DNA of 50,247 bases. It comes from Anthoceros angustus (Eukaryota > Plantae > Anthocerotophyta). A model generated the notes under the pieces. It had not been told where the DNA came from. It was given only the letters and a program-made list of their open reading frames with translations, and made no database searches. Position numbers and translations under genes: made by a program. This document shows positions 12,672 through 26,109 of this stretch, one piece after another; the stretch's first letter is position 1, and each line of letters starts with the position of its first letter. The stretch is taken from NCBI GenBank assembly GCA_010909165.1, contig MU008239.1, positions 1 through 50,247 on the forward strand. Reading direction: 5' to 3'.

Positions 12672-12955
12672 AGACATTGAATTGACTGATCTGAAGAGAA
12701 GGCCGGCCGCTGGAATGGCCAGCTTGAAGGCCTGGGACGTGTGATTCTTGGGTTATGCCTGATGGTTTGTAGGATGAAATGTGGGCACAGCAGGAGCGGC
12801 CTCGATGGATGAGAAAACAGTGGATTGTCTGATCTGAAGAGAGGACCTTGCTGGAATAGCCAGCTTGAATGCCGGGGATGTGTGATTCTTGGGTTACGCT
12901 TTGATGGTTCGAAGGGATGAAATGTTGGCACAGTCTGGAGGAATGGCCTCGGAGA
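12672..12955. repeat. ~145-bp tandem duplication
   Basis: gattg..ctgatctgaagaga..gctggaat.gccagcttgaa..gtgtgattcttgggtta..gatgaaatgt.ggcacag occurs twice in tandem. Confidence 0.8.
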
Positions 12956-14052
12956 ACCTAACCTGCTTTGTGAGTGTGTTGGGTGGCGTCTCTTGGTACG
13001 GCGTGGCTGTTCTCCAGCATACAACTCTCGCTGCAGAGGAGAAGGGCCACAGTCAGATCGACATTCAGCAGATGCAACACAAAGATGGCTTCAATTGAGA
13101 GCACACAAGACAAAGTTTTTCTGTTTAGAGTACCGTCGTGCAGGAACCTTCTGACTTCTGCAGGAGCTCCTCCAGGGGTCTGATCAGAGGTGCTCAAAAG
13201 TAAGGTGATTGAGATGCACCGTCCTGAACCTGTTCTCTGCTTTTGCAGCCAGTGCTGGTCTTTGACAGACGTTTTCTCGCCAATCAGGGTTCTGCCTCCC
13301 TGCACACTTTCAATGTCGACCTGATAGCCTTCATGTTGAAGATGAGGTATGGGGCTGTCAGATCCTCCACCCTGCAGTTATCAACCAAGGTCCCCACCTG
13401 TATGTCCCAAGACACATGGAACGTTGTTCAGCTTCAGCTTTATCCAGGATTTCAGACTAGTGCATCCTGTCAGAAGAAGCTTCTAATTCCTGAACAATGC
13501 AACAACGCTTGCTCTACCAGACTCCTGTCCGATCCCCACTCTTGAGCTTGTCGTGGCAGGTGGCGACGAGGAGCTTGCCATTTAGCAAATGATCAATGTG
13601 TTCCAAAGTGCACAATCACAAGTTGGTGAGACTTCAAGCTCGAGCTCTGCTACTTAAACGAGCAGTCCTGAGGGAAGATCATTGCCAAACACGCAGCATT
13701 TTGCAGCAGACCAGTCTGCCAACTCTTTCTTAGCTGCTCCTGGAGGAAGGTTCTTCTTAACCAACAGCATTGGCAAGAAGCAGATTCTGATTCAGCTGTA
13801 GGACCTGGGCTCCAGCCAGAAAGGCGACCAGACCTTCAGTGGTCGGAATTGTTCGGTAGACTGGGTCAGGAACAAGAGACTGGGAAGCAACTGAGGGAGA
13901 GGGAAAGCTAGATCGAAAAAGAGCTTTAAAGGGAGAGCCAGGGAAGCTGAAACTTGAAGGATTTTAAAAGAGTAGAAGATGCGGACGGGCAAATCGAGAC
14001 ACGAACGAGGCGGTTCAGCAGGAAGAGAAAATAGGCAAGATTGAAGGCAATC

Positions 14053-14354
14053 TGTCACAGCCGTGACAACCCCACGACACAAGTGTGAACACAGTCATTT
14101 CCCAGCTAGTTTAAGTAGCTAGATTAATTCCGGTTTAAGTATTATCCGGGAATAAATACCGAGATAATACAGTATAAATACGGGCATAGTTAGTTGAACC
14201 CGTCCGCGGGTATAGTTAGTTGAGCCCGTCCAGAACGGGACGTGGCTGGCTGTTCTTGGCCCGCTGCATGCACAAGAGAGATCCGAAACCCCGAACAAGG
14301 AGCCAATTTCCTCCGATCGAGTTCGCTCAAGCCTCACAGAGCTGTTCTGTGACA
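14053..14354 (+). repeat. 5' LTR of the chromovirus
   Basis: tgtcacagccgtgacaaccccacgac...ctgtgaca; matches 19653-19942. Confidence 0.93.
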
Positions 14355-15339
14355 TTTGCACGTGAGCCTCTCACGATCCACAGCTTGGAGCAGTGCATTG
14401 CCAGCTGGACGCGGGATTTCAAGGGGCCCAGAAAAACGATGGCGAGCGATTGCGCTCCAATCTAAGTCAATCGCGAGTGTCCGGCGGGATGAAGAACGGT
14501 GGAAGGGATTGGCGACCGAGTCCGAGGAGAGCCGCACGCGACTACCCCGATGGAGGGCCTTTCCCAATATGCGATCCCGGGACAGAACTCAGAGAGACGC
14601 CCCGAAGAGGCGCAGGAGAAATTGTTGGCCAAACAAAGCAAGAGCGAGCTAGGATTTGCCTGTCTGCTGGTGCGAGGAGGCCCACGACGGCCCAAGTCGT
14701 GGACTACGAACCCACGCCGGCTGGGCCGGCCCCTAAACGAGGAAGCATCCAGATCCTACATCGAGAGAGATGGACAGCCGAACGTGAGAAGACGCCTCCG
14801 AACGGAAGGGGCAGCACAACCCAACTTGTTGCAGACAACCGCAGAACGCACGGCCGCGGTGGAGCGATCCCGTGAAGAAATCTCGGAAGTCTAGAAACAC
14901 AAGGCAAACAATTGAGAGAGGTGGAAACGGCAATCACCGAGTAGAAGCCAACTCGAGGAAAACCAGCCGCCTGAGCGCCGGGCTGAGGGTGTCCTGTGCG
15001 CTGGGCAAACGGAACTCACCCCAACCCAACTCGCTCCCATCCACCGCCACCCAATGTCACCCATGCCCGACGGTGAACAACACTCCACACCCGCCACCGC
15101 ATACCAAAGTCCAATGAGAACGAAGAAAACGGCCAAGACCAGACACCGCGCCACTCATGACCGGCCCTGGGCAAGGCGTGATGAAGCATCAAGAAGCTTT
15201 TGGTCGAGTTGTTACCGAGAGAAGGATAATCAAGAGATCAAGTTGGCAAGAAGGTTACAACTCATGCGTACGAAAACCGGGAGTCACAACGAGGTAAAGA
15301 AGAAGACTATCACGAGGAGAGGAAGGTGAACTCCGCTTC

Positions 15340-18300
15340 AAGTCCGCGTGCCCGGGATCGGGACCTACAGAGGAAGATTAAAACATCCACCTTTGACGGA
15401 CTATGAAGGACGACAAGCCGCCTATGATTGGATCGATAAGATGGAAAGATACCCGGCTGAGAAGGACGACCATCAAAATCCAGCTTTTGCACCATGTCTC
15501 GAGGTATGCATACCGATGGTGGCAGAGGGAACGGCAGGTGGAGCTCGGGATGGAGGAACCCATCCACTCTTGGACCCCGCTCGCATAACAGAACAATTTC
15601 TACCCATCAACCATCGGAAAGACCTATATCAAGAGTTTCGGACTATCTCCCAACAAGGTACCATTCAAGATTATTGACGATTGCAACCCTCGATATGCCA
15701 CGCCTTGACGAAGAGCGTAAAATCGAGAAATTCGTCGATGGCCTCCGGCAGGAGATGCGAGCGACGTCTACTAAACGAACCCCCACACCGGTGGAGGCAA
15801 TGAAATAAGGAATTACGAGTCAACAAATACAAGTATTTGAACACAACCAAGTGGAACAAAGCGCACATGCTTCCGACAAGAAGGTGATGTTCAAAGTATT
15901 GACAGAGGACGAACGTAAGGGACACTTGTGTTTCACCCACCACCTGCCTCAAACCGTGACTGACCGCCGCGGAGACCGGCAAGTCCGTGAAACCCACACC
16001 GAGCCTCGCAAAACGGGTTCACTCGATAGAAGAAGAACCGTCGACCACTAGCCGCAGAAGCCATGGAGGTACTTGACTCTCTCACTAGCAACAACCATGT
16101 TCCCATCAAGCTCCTCATGGGAGTAGAAGGGCTACTTGCCACGGATTGTTGGACCTGTGGAGCGAGTCATCACTACATCTCAAGGTCAGGGGGACAAGCC
16201 GGAGGTGTAACCATCGAGTGGTCACCGCACTCAATGAGAGAGAAACCAGCCGAGAGCAATGGGTAGAAGCCATGTTTACCTTCCCGTGGATACCAGAAAT
16301 CATGAAACTCACTCATGCCGAACCTATGCCATGACATCATTATCGGTAAGCTGTTGGCACCGCATTCCAACAACTTAGATATTGACGGAATACAAATGTA
16401 GTTACCTTGTCCGTAGGAGCTCGTTGTAATGCATGGGAGAAATACATTCCGCATAAGCACCTCTACTGCTTTTGAATAAAGCACACGGGCAATTCATGTA
16501 TATAGCCAGACTCAAACGAGTGATGCCACTAGGAGGCACGGCCGAGTCTAGGGCGGCTAAAGCCGAAGAAGTAGAAGACATGCTCCCTGAGTACATGCAG
16601 CAGATGTTGAAGGAGTTCAGACATCTTCAAAACACCCCTACCACCACTAGGGAGAAGCGCCGACCACCGTGATCGACCTACCCATACACACAATATGCCT
16701 CCATACGAGCCGACAGAGAGCGAGGAAATCAAACGACAAGTGGATGAATTCACGGCCATGGGTTTGTGAGACCTCCGTCTCACCCTTTGGTGCACCCGCT
16801 TTATCGGGTCGCAAAACCGATGGAGCATGGCGACCGCATCGACTATCGAGGTAATGCAGCGACAACAAATGTTTACCAAATGCCGCGGATTGACGACATC
16901 CTAGATCAACTCCACGGCTCCACTGCTCACAAAGATCGACTTAAGGTCGCTTCCATCGACACGTATCCACGAAGGTGGTACAAAGCATTCGCACCCGTCA
17001 TGGTCATTTTGAATTTGTTGTCATGCCGCTTGGTCTCACCAACCCCGCCACCTTCCAAAGGTCCGATGCAAGAAGTCCTCCGTCTCGTTGGGAAGAGGAG
17101 GACGTATTTTTAGATGATATTCTCATCTACTGAGGATGAAACACACTAAACTTGTTAGAGAAGTCTTCACCTTACTCCGGAAACACCAACTCCCAGCCAA
17201 CCGTAGCAAGTGCGTCTTCATGCAACCCGAGTGTGAGTATCTAGGTCATATCATCGCCTGTGGCATCCACGTAGACCCTAGAAAATCAAGGTCATTGACG
17301 AGTGGCCTTTACCTCAAGACCGTTGCAACCGAGAGGTTTCCTTGGCCTCGCAGTTTCTATCGCCGTTTATCAAAGATTTCGAAGAAGATGGCCCCTCACC
17401 GATGCCCTCCGTCACCTAGTCAACCCTCCAACTCTCCCTCAGCACCAAGCTGCCCAAACCCTAAAGCCTCGGTGGCGCCCCAGCTGCATCCCCAAGCTCC
17501 CACGGTACACCGATCGGCCGACTTTGCTAGGGCGCTAACACAACATGGGTGGTGATTGCATATGAATCAAAAACTACAAGGTGCTCAAATTAACTATCCT
17601 GCTCACGACAAAGAAATGCTGGCCATAGTTCACGCCTCGTGGTGGAGACACTACTTATTAGGGCAGCCGCTCACCGCAACACCGATCACCATTCACTTCA
17701 ATATTTTTCACTCAACCAAACCCGAACGCCGACAAAGGAGGTGAGTACCGCGGACTTCAACTTTGATATTAAGTATGTCAGGAGCTTCCAATACGTGGGA
17801 TGCCCTCACCGACGAGCTTGTGCACTTATGTCGTCCCAACTCGACACAATCAGTTAGTACGATGACCATTCCCATGACCGCCTCCTCCGCATAACGACCG
17901 CTCAGATGCCAAGCTAGGTCAACCCACAGCCCTCACCCAACTCTACTCAGTCAAAGACGCCTGCATATACCGGAAAGGTAGGCTTGTCATCCCGGACCAA
18001 CTCCAACATGTCAAAAAAGCTATTCTCCATGACCTTCATGACACCCCCATAGCAGGCCACCTAGGCATCGATAAAACTTACGCTAGAGTCAAGGAACACT
18101 TCCATTGGGCAGGACTCCGCTCCGACTGTATTGAGTGGGTCCGCTCCCGATCCCCGCCAACAAGCGAACACCAAACAACTCGGCCTTCTACAACCGCTTC
18201 CACCCGTGGCGGTTCGCCCATTTCCATGGATTTCATCACTCACTTACCTCGCTCCAAGTCGTCGTGATAGTATCCGGGTCGTGATGGACCGCCTCACAAA

Positions 18301-19666
18301 ACCCGCCGTCCCCCGCCCGCCTACCATCACCGACAAAAATTAGCTCACTGTCACAAAGAAATTTTCCGCCTTCACGGAACCCGAAAACATTGTCTCCGGC
18401 AGAGATGTGAAGTTTACCGGGTGGAGAACCTTCACGGAAACTATGGAACAACATATGTCATCGACTGTCACCCGTAGATGACGGCCAAACCGAGAAACAA
18501 AACCAAGTACTCAAGACATGCCACTTTACCCATGAGAAACAAGGAAATGGGAAGACCTCTTACCATTACTCGAGTTTGCCTACAACACATCCAAACATGC
18601 GCAACAGTCGTCCCCTTACAAGCTCCACGGGAAAATCCCCACCCCGGTCTCGGCCTTCCCGACAGGATAAGTGGAAGACCGCAGAGACAATGGAGGACAT
18701 ATTTTAGTTAAGCTTGCCAAGCGTAAACTCCTTGCAGCCCAAGACCGCATCAAACTCGCAAATCGGCACAGGAGATCGTCACAACGTGGGACGTGGTCCG
18801 CTCGACTCAAACCAAATGTACCCTCATCCGCATAAAGACAAGTTGTCTTATCGCTTTGGACCCTTCGAATTTCTAGACAGATCAACCCCGTCGCATACCG
18901 CTTGATCTCCTGTGGTTACGCCTATGTCGACTTTCCATGTCTCTATGTTGAAACCCGTCATCTCGCCCCTCACTACCCTCATGCACACCAACCCTACCCC
19001 TGACCCGTCCGCCCCCATCCACACGCCGATCCTCGCCTCCTCCGCTGCCCATCGCTTGTTTGCTCCGCCCATCGCCACGCCCCTGGCCCTAGTCTCCAGC
19101 CCATCGCAGAGCTAAGACACCTGCAGTGCCCATCGCCTGCCCGGCACACAAGACCTCCCGCGGGTTCGACCCGCCTCGCCACCCGCCTGCTCGTAACCCA
19201 GACTGCCCATCGCCGCAGACGACCCCAGCCCCGTCCATCGCAAGCCCCAAACCCATCCTCCATCACGATTGCCCTTCGGCCCCAACCCTCTTACCCTCCT
19301 CCAACACCAACCCCGGCGTCCAGCTCCTGAGCCCCAGAGATAACCCTCGACCCCGCCGCCTTGTCCGACCTCCCAAGCCTTCTCGGGCCCGCACCACACA
19401 CTCACACCTCAATCCCCCCACCCGTTCACTCCTTCCCTCCCAACTCCTCGCGCAATCTTCCCGACCGCATTCTCCAGCACCATACCCGCCATCTCCGCAA
19501 TAGATCTATTACCCACTACCTCGTTGGCTGGTCCGGTGAGCCCGATGCTACCGCGACATGGGAGACCGAGGACTTTTGCCGCCACATCCCGCAGCTTCAA
19601 CAGCTCATCCGCGGCCAGATGGAACTGGCCTCTTCTTCGAAGGGGGGGAGAATGTCACAGTCGTGA
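15340..19666 (+). CDS. gag-pol polyprotein of the chromovirus (frameshift-riddled)
   Basis: Gag (YEGRQAAYDWIDKMERY), protease (D-CGASHHYIS, ~16150), RT (YQMPRIDDILDQLHG; YxDDILIY, ~17105), RNase H (NYPAHDKEMLAIVHA..WRHYLLG), integrase (LHDTPIAGHLGIDKTY; GLLQPLP; FGPF; FHVSMLKP), chromodomain (PDRILQH..YLVGWSGEPDATATWETE). Confidence 0.9.
19641..19652 (+). other. Polypurine tract
   Basis: agggggggagaa immediately before the TG of the 3' LTR. Confidence 0.9.
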
Positions 19667-19942
19667 CAACCCCACGACAAGTGTGAATACGTCATTTCAG
19701 CTAGTTTAAGTAGCTAGATTAATTCGGTTTAAGTATTATCCTCGGAATAAATACCGGGATAATACAAAGATAACACGGCATAGTTAGTTGAACCGTCCGC
19801 TGGGTTAGTTGAGCCCGTCCACGAACGTCGGACGTGGTCGTTTGGCCCGAATGCATCGGGTACAAGAGAGATCCGGAAACTTGAACAAGGAGCCAATTTC
19901 CTCCGATCGAAGTTGCTCAAGCCTCACGAGCCGCTCGTGACA
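19653..19942 (+). repeat. 3' LTR of the chromovirus
   Basis: tgtcacagtcgtgacaaccccacgac...ctcgtgaca followed by the TSD caatc. Confidence 0.93.
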
Positions 19943-20608
19943 CAATCCATTTTCCATGTTGATCCGAACAAATTGTCGCTTGCTTCTCAAGACGGTTGTT
20001 GCCGGATCGATCCAAAGCCACCAACATGTCTGCTCACATAGCCACCGTATGAAAAAGATATGTATATGATATGAGATTTTGTTCTTGATGGCCAAGGAGA
20101 GCGCTTTCTTCCTTTCAAGGAACAAGGAGCATATACTATGCGCAATGATGCTCTATTAGAACTACATTTTCTTGTCGCGATGAGATCTCATGAAGTGGTT
20201 GTTATATACCCAACCGTAGATTATATTAGTGACCATTCATCATCAACCCTTTGATTGGGCACTGAATGGAGCGCAACTAAGAAAATTTACAAGTTCGACA
20301 TCTTGGGGCAATTAGGGTTATAGGATAGATTAGTGCCTCGGCTTGATACCATCGTTGTCCCTTTCTCGCCTGTGTATATGAGATTTCCCATCTCGTTTTT
20401 ATTAAGTCTCCACTTTTCCATGTGAACGTGTCCCGGATTGTGCATGTGAACCCTACAACATAAAATCCTAACATCAAGAAAACATTGGATTTTGCATGTA
20501 AGCCTATAACATAAAGACTTATTCTACATGTGAACCTGTAACATAAAACCCTAGTATTAAGAAAATAAAGTCATGATAAAATGCGATTATATGGAATACC
20601 AATATCGC

Positions 20609-20781
20609 CATGTCAAAGATGACCACATCGATCATGTCAAAGATGACCACATCGATCATGTCAAAGATGACCACATCGATCATGTCACACATGTCCACAT
20701 CGATCATGTCGCGACGATGACATCGATCATGTCACGATGATCACATCTATCATGTCATGATGACCACATCGATCATGTCAC
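20609..20781. repeat. 24-bp minisatellite (catgtcaaagatgaccacatcgat)n, ~7 units
   Basis: Three near-perfect units followed by degenerating ones. The minus-strand ORF repeats MIDVVIFD. Confidence 0.9.
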
Positions 20782-21175
20782 ATGATGTCACATATCACAT
20801 ATGATCGTTATCACGGCCGGTGTCTGGCTGTAATGTCGCCAAGTGATGCACACAAACTTTTTCTCTTGCCCACTTGTGGTTAGGTTGCGCCACCACTCAG
20901 GATCATTTGGTGAGAACCATTCGATGGACGTGTGCGTTGCTCCGCACCCTTGCATTATTAATTTTCTTCGCTTGAAATTGGGGTATCACTTCAAATGCTC
21001 GATGGTTGGACAAGGCATAAAGATTGTCCAGGTGGCTCGGATACCTTCTCCACGCCATGCTATGTGATGAAGGTGAGTGANCTCTATGAAATTCTTGGTT
21101 TTAATATCAAATTGTGCCAAAGTCCACAACAAAAGCTCTTAATAATATGTCCAACCTACGGACTACACTATAGGT

Positions 21176-21531
21176 TGTAATACATTATACATATATAAAA
21201 TACCAGCGTGATCAATGTTGTGTCACCGAATTTTGTAGGGATGGCGTTATAGAATGTTAATTATAACCCGTGAGCACTAGACGAACCATGATCGCTCACA
21301 ACACTCATCTATCCGATCGAACATACGATGAAATCTTGCAAGGCACGATCTCACAGTGCTGTAATACATTACATCCATATATATATATATAAACTACCAA
21401 CGTGGTGGTGGTTCGAATTTTGTAGAGATGGCGTTATAGAATGTTAACCCGAGCCTTTGGGCGAACCATGACCGCTAACAACACTGGGACTATCCAATCG
21501 AACATACGATGATTGCAAGGCATACGATCTC
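21176..21531. repeat. ~180-bp tandem duplication
   Basis: tgtaatacatta..gaattttgtag.gatggcgttatagaatgttaa..cgaaccatga.cgct.acaacact..atcgaacatacgatga..ttgcaaggca..cgatctc occurs twice. Confidence 0.85.
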
Positions 21532-22229
21532 TGGGCCAAGAACATGATATCGTTTGATGCCAAGCAAACTTCAATTCTTGCTAGGTCAGCGATGACTGGC
21601 GGGCATATGTTTGATTACCTTCGATTTGCGGCCGCCGATCTGATCAACCGGAGCTGGATGCAGCTCGTGCACCCCATCCACTGGTGGAGCTCCACCTCGG
21701 TGAAGGACCAAAAGAAAAAGTGAACAATTTGTCGTGGCGAGATCGCGATCGGTCCCAAGCCATCCTTGTCGAGCTCGAGTTGAGAGCTGCTGAATCTTTA
21801 ATGCTGCCCTTCAAACCGTGTGCATTTGTCGTTGTCTTTGGAATCGGCGCCTATTAACTTTGTTGCTTAGCGTGGATATCCCCTTTATTCTAAGTTTCCT
21901 TTTGGCGAGATTTGTCGACCTACACGGTGATACGCGGCCTACATGATAGTCTGCTCCTTACTCGGACTACCGTAATGTGCAGCCTACGGTGGTAGTACGC
22001 GGCCTACCAACCTTTCGACTTACGCGCGCTGGGGTCGCTTGACCCGTTTTTCTTCGGGATATCCTCTTTGTTTTCTTAACAATATTCCACACTCTAGTTT
22101 CAAGATCTTGAAGTTTTCCTCGCATGTTCCTCTTCAATCGGTCTTAGCCAAAAAATCAAACTTGTTCATCCTTTGGCGATTTGAATTTGGTTGCCCAAAC
22201 TTTTACGTTCCACATACTCCCCACCTCAC

Positions 22230-23390
22230 CTGTTTGCGTCCTCGCAAACAACAGGTACCTCTGGCTGAAGGTACTTCTTAATCTTCCACCCATTTACTCT
22301 GGTTGGCAGTAATTCTCCATCCAATACTCGTAGTTGCACAGACCCATTCTCGTACACTGCCGCCACCTCATAAGGTCCCATCCATCTTAGCCTGAGCTTC
22401 CCTGGAAAGTCTAGGTACCGACTATCATATAGAAGAACCAAATCCCCGTCCACGATAGCCTCCTGCTTCCTCAACCTCCCATCATGCCTGTCCTTCACGA
22501 GTTCACGAATCCATGTTTCTTCTAAAGCATCCTCCTACGTTCTTCTGCTCTATGAAGCGATTCTAGTCTAACTACTGCTATCCTCTACGGTCATGCGTTG
22601 TCCTCCATGATTACAGGTGGGTACTTCAAACTCCAGCATCACAGGTGACATGCCATACGTTAGATAATAAGGGTCTTTTGGTGGTTACCTTTTCCATGTC
22701 CTGTAAGCCACGTCGAATGCAACTTGGCATCCCAATCATACATGTGTTCTGATCACCTTGGTGAGGATTGTGCATAACCCATTCGTCTTCTCCGTCAATC
22801 CATTCGCTTTGGGGTTGTAGAATTCGTCTTTGATGCCGAATGTTGAAGTAGGTGGTCGAGATTCAACGACCGAGTTGAAATTGTCCCCGATTGACCAACT
22901 CTAAAGGACACCCATACCGGTTATGATGTTCTCGAATAGAAACAGCGCTGGTAGCGTCGTCCTTGTTGTGACATTTTCCCAATAATCCAACTAAAATGTC
23001 TGTCAGTCCATTGCGTTGGTGGTTTGATTGGCCCTACGAAATCGATTCCCCATTTCTCGAGCAGGCGCTAATGGCAAGATGTGGTAGGGGCCATTGTGTC
23101 GACAACGGCCGCCCAACCCTCGACACGCATCACACCTTCGGAATTCCACACATCCTTTTGCATCGTCACCGGAACCTACGCATTCAAAATCTTCTTAACG
23201 GTCACCTATAGAATAGTGTCCACACCTCCCTCTGCATATGCGCTTAGTACGAGTGTAGCCTCCTCGACGAGGATCTTCTCGTGCCCAAGTTTTAGACGCC
23301 TTCCGTAGGCGTGAGGTGCGGCTTTATGGAGAAAGAGCCTTCCCTTGACAACCCATCCGGCATGATTCCATGCTCCAAGAATTTCGTACT
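22230..23390 (-). CDS. Integrase of the Athila-like host element (frameshifted)
   Basis: PFEKWGIDFVGP (~23030-23060), RYGCPLELV, YNPKANGLTE, and C-terminal GDLVLLYDSRYLDFPGKLRLRWMGPYEVAAVYENGSVQL..RVNGWKIKKY. Confidence 0.9.
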
Positions 23391-23835
23391 TCACGCTCAG
23401 CAGATACATGAACGCCCCTCACGTTCTAATCTTCTCCTTCCAGTGTCGTCTCCTCCTCCTAGGGCGTCATAGTGGCTCCGGATGGCGTGTATCCATCTGC
23501 GGCCCATCCTTCCTGCAGCCCATCTTTGCCGTTCCGACTGCGGTCCGTCGCATGTTCTTCCTCCGTTACGGCTGATTTTCCGTTCACATCGGCCTAAGGC
23601 GTCTGGGTCCATCTCGTACTCCCATGGTGACCTTCTTGACTTGTTGCACCTCCATGATTGAGTTTTGAGTGGTTACCCTGATCAATTCTCCCTGCGGTTT
23701 ACGCACGGATCTCTTAGTAAAGTCGCGGCCTGGGCGGCCCAGTTAGTTTTTTCGGGAAAGGGTAAAACGAAGAGAGAGAATTTTCAATTGGTAAAATTTT
23801 TTACTGAATAAGGTGGAAATTGTAACAATAGAAAG

Positions 23836-24005
23836 CATAGACTGATGGATGGAAACATTTTACCATCCAAGTCAAAACTAGAACAGAGGGTAAAGAATGG
23901 ATCAACCAAGTGAATATAGAGTAAAAGAGTAGGCGATGAATGGAAACATTTTACCATCCAAATCAAAACTAGAACAAAGGGTAAAGAATGATCACCAAGT
24001 GAATA
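23836..24005. repeat. ~90-bp tandem repeat near the terminus of copy 1
   Basis: gatg.atggaaacattttaccatccaa.tcaaaactagaaca.agggtaaagaatg..caccaagtgaata x2. Confidence 0.8.
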
Positions 24006-24960
24006 GCAAGTGCAACGAAATACCATGGTAGATTGTAATCTGAGTGGAGGCCTAATTCCAACACAATCGCTAATCGCGAAAACATCTTCGTACCATTCAT
24101 ACGGATCCGGGATATACAAAAACCAACAAAGAAATATCATCTTTGCAAAGTTTCTGTATCCGTAATAATTCAAAATAACAGAAAATAGAAAATACCGAAT
24201 AGTTGATCCTCCTTAAATTACAAATCTACATATACAAAGTAAATTAGGCTTGTAATTAGAGTTAGGAATACGCAAAGAAAAGTTCATTAGAAAAGATTCC
24301 CACCTTATTTTGGAAAATTTGTACAATTGTAGAGATTGAAGACATAGTTTCCAAGACCACTTGGTTTAACCGGCAACTTGTCCAACATTATCATAGTTTG
24401 CGGTTGATGAACGGGGCTTTGGAGAAATTCTTCATCTTCACGAAAGTTGAGAACCTAATCAAACATTACCGTCTTAGTCTACTAAAGTAAAATTAGCGAT
24501 CAAAATCAAGGGAACAATTAAATCAACTTACTTTATATGGTTTTCCATGGATGGAAGTGGGCGCTGAGTGACTAACATTGTCAATAGTTTGTCCTTTCCC
24601 CGCAATCGCATTTCTGTTGCTCCCTGCTTGAGTTTTTCCTGCTGTTTGAAATACTCTTGCCTCCTTTCGACATTTTTCTCCTTTGGATCTCCAAAGCTTT
24701 CTCTCTTGCTTGGAAACTCGGTTGTACACCTTGCGCCTCTGTCAATCAATCATGATTCTAAATCATTTGCCGTTGAAATTCCCTTTTCGATTCTCGTCAT
24801 TCTCCCTTTCTCGGGTAATCTCGGCAAAGACGCTCAAACCTGCTTGAACCACCCTTCTCAACCCCATCTTTGCTCTACCATATCCAAAGCTATAGGCGGT
24901 GTCTCCACAATCCTTCCTGTTGCACTTCGATTCGATGTCTCACCACAATGACTTGGCACA
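23990..24960 (-). CDS. Crypton-like copy 1 'ORF C': spliced coiled-coil region ending in CWFLYIPDP (separate gene or C-terminal exons of the recombinase)
   Basis: ERRQEYFKQQEKLKQ.. and CWFLYIPDPYEWYEDVFAISDCVGI, matching ERRQEHIKHQE and CWFLYIPDPHEYYLTENVLSISDFGGI in copy 2. Confidence 0.55.
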
Positions 24961-25992
24961 GGCCTCCAGGAGGCATCACCTCCACCACACTCGGGGCACC
25001 ATCAATGTTGAAATGAGGAACCAAATGCTCGTCAAACTAGTGGTGGGGCTAATACTCTGCCCGCAAACATAGAATCGAAACACAATAAGAGAATGAAGGA
25101 TGAAACTTAAACCACCTTTACACTTAACCTTTTCAACATGTCGATGTTGAATACACCCGATAATTAGTGCTGTCAATCAAGATCTTTAACACTACTTTCG
25201 GCACTTGACAGCTTCCAAAGCTTCACAATCTGGAGCGCAAACAACAACAAACATTGTATGAAATATTGGGTGCAAACCAGCAAGGAGAACCAAAATACAA
25301 CAAGAAGATACTAAGGTCCAGTCTTGACAAAGGGCCCCTTTCATGGTGGATAGCAAGGGTGCGATTGGCAACACACAGCAACAAAAAGCAACAAAAAGAG
25401 TCAAATACCAATCGCAAAGAAGAAAAGAAACAAACCTTCGACACCAAAACGACTCATAAAATGCTTACACGGGCCTCCAATAGGAGGCATCACCTCCACC
25501 ACCAGCACCATCAATGTTGAACCGAGGACCGAAATGCTCGTCAAACTAGTGGGTGACACGATCTTTAGTGGTGGGGCTAATACTCGCCAAAACATAGAAT
25601 CGACAAACACAATAAGAGAATGAAGGATAAAACTTAAACCACCTTTACACTTAACCTTTTCAACATGTCGATGTTGAATACACCCGAGTTGGTCCTGTCA
25701 ATCGAAGATCTTTAACACTACTTCGGCACTTGGACAGCTTCCAAAGCTTCACAATCTGGGCGCAAACAACAACAAACATTGCATGAAATATTGGGTGCAA
25801 ACCAGCAAGGAGGACGAAAATACAACAGAAGATACTAACCGTCCAGTCTTGACAAAGGGCCGCTTTCATGGTGGATAGCGAGGTGGTAACGATTGGCAAC
25901 ACTGCAACAAAAAGCAACAAAAAGAATCAAATACCAATCAAAAAGATTAAAAGAAACAAACCTTAAACCAAAACGACTCATGGAATGCTTAC
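24961..25992. repeat. ~510-bp internal tandem duplication specific to copy 1
   Basis: ggcctcca..ggaggcatcacctccacc..aaaacgactcat..aatgcttac at 24961-25470 and 25472-25992. Copy 2 has a single counterpart at ~46150-46540. Confidence 0.9.
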
Positions 25993-26109
25993 GTTGAACT
26001 TGTAGGCAACATTGAGCACAAGCCTATGCACAACAAATTCTTAACATCAGCATCCTTTAGTAGAATCATAATCTTCTCCAGTAAAATCACTCCCTTCATG
26101 GTAGAAAAT

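Larger units (their letters stand above)
14053..19942 (+). mobile_element. Full-length Ty3/gypsy chromovirus LTR retrotransposon (~5.9 kb, Reina-like size)
   Basis: Two ~300-bp LTRs with TGTCAC..GTGACA ends, a 5-bp TSD CAATC (14048-14052 and 19943-19947), a PPT, and domain order gag-PR-RT-RH-IN-chromodomain. Confidence 0.95.

Noticed and set aside
12240-14050. Protein-coding gene in this GC-moderate region
   Set aside because: Only short ORFs with no recognisable motif or consistent exon chain. It could be UTR, lncRNA or a degraded gene; unsupported.
14053-19942. Dating the chromovirus by LTR divergence
   Set aside because: LTR differences are confounded by sequencing error.
21540-21900. 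3' LTR of the Athila-like element
   Set aside because: No match to 48949 onward was found; the 3' end appears deleted or replaced.
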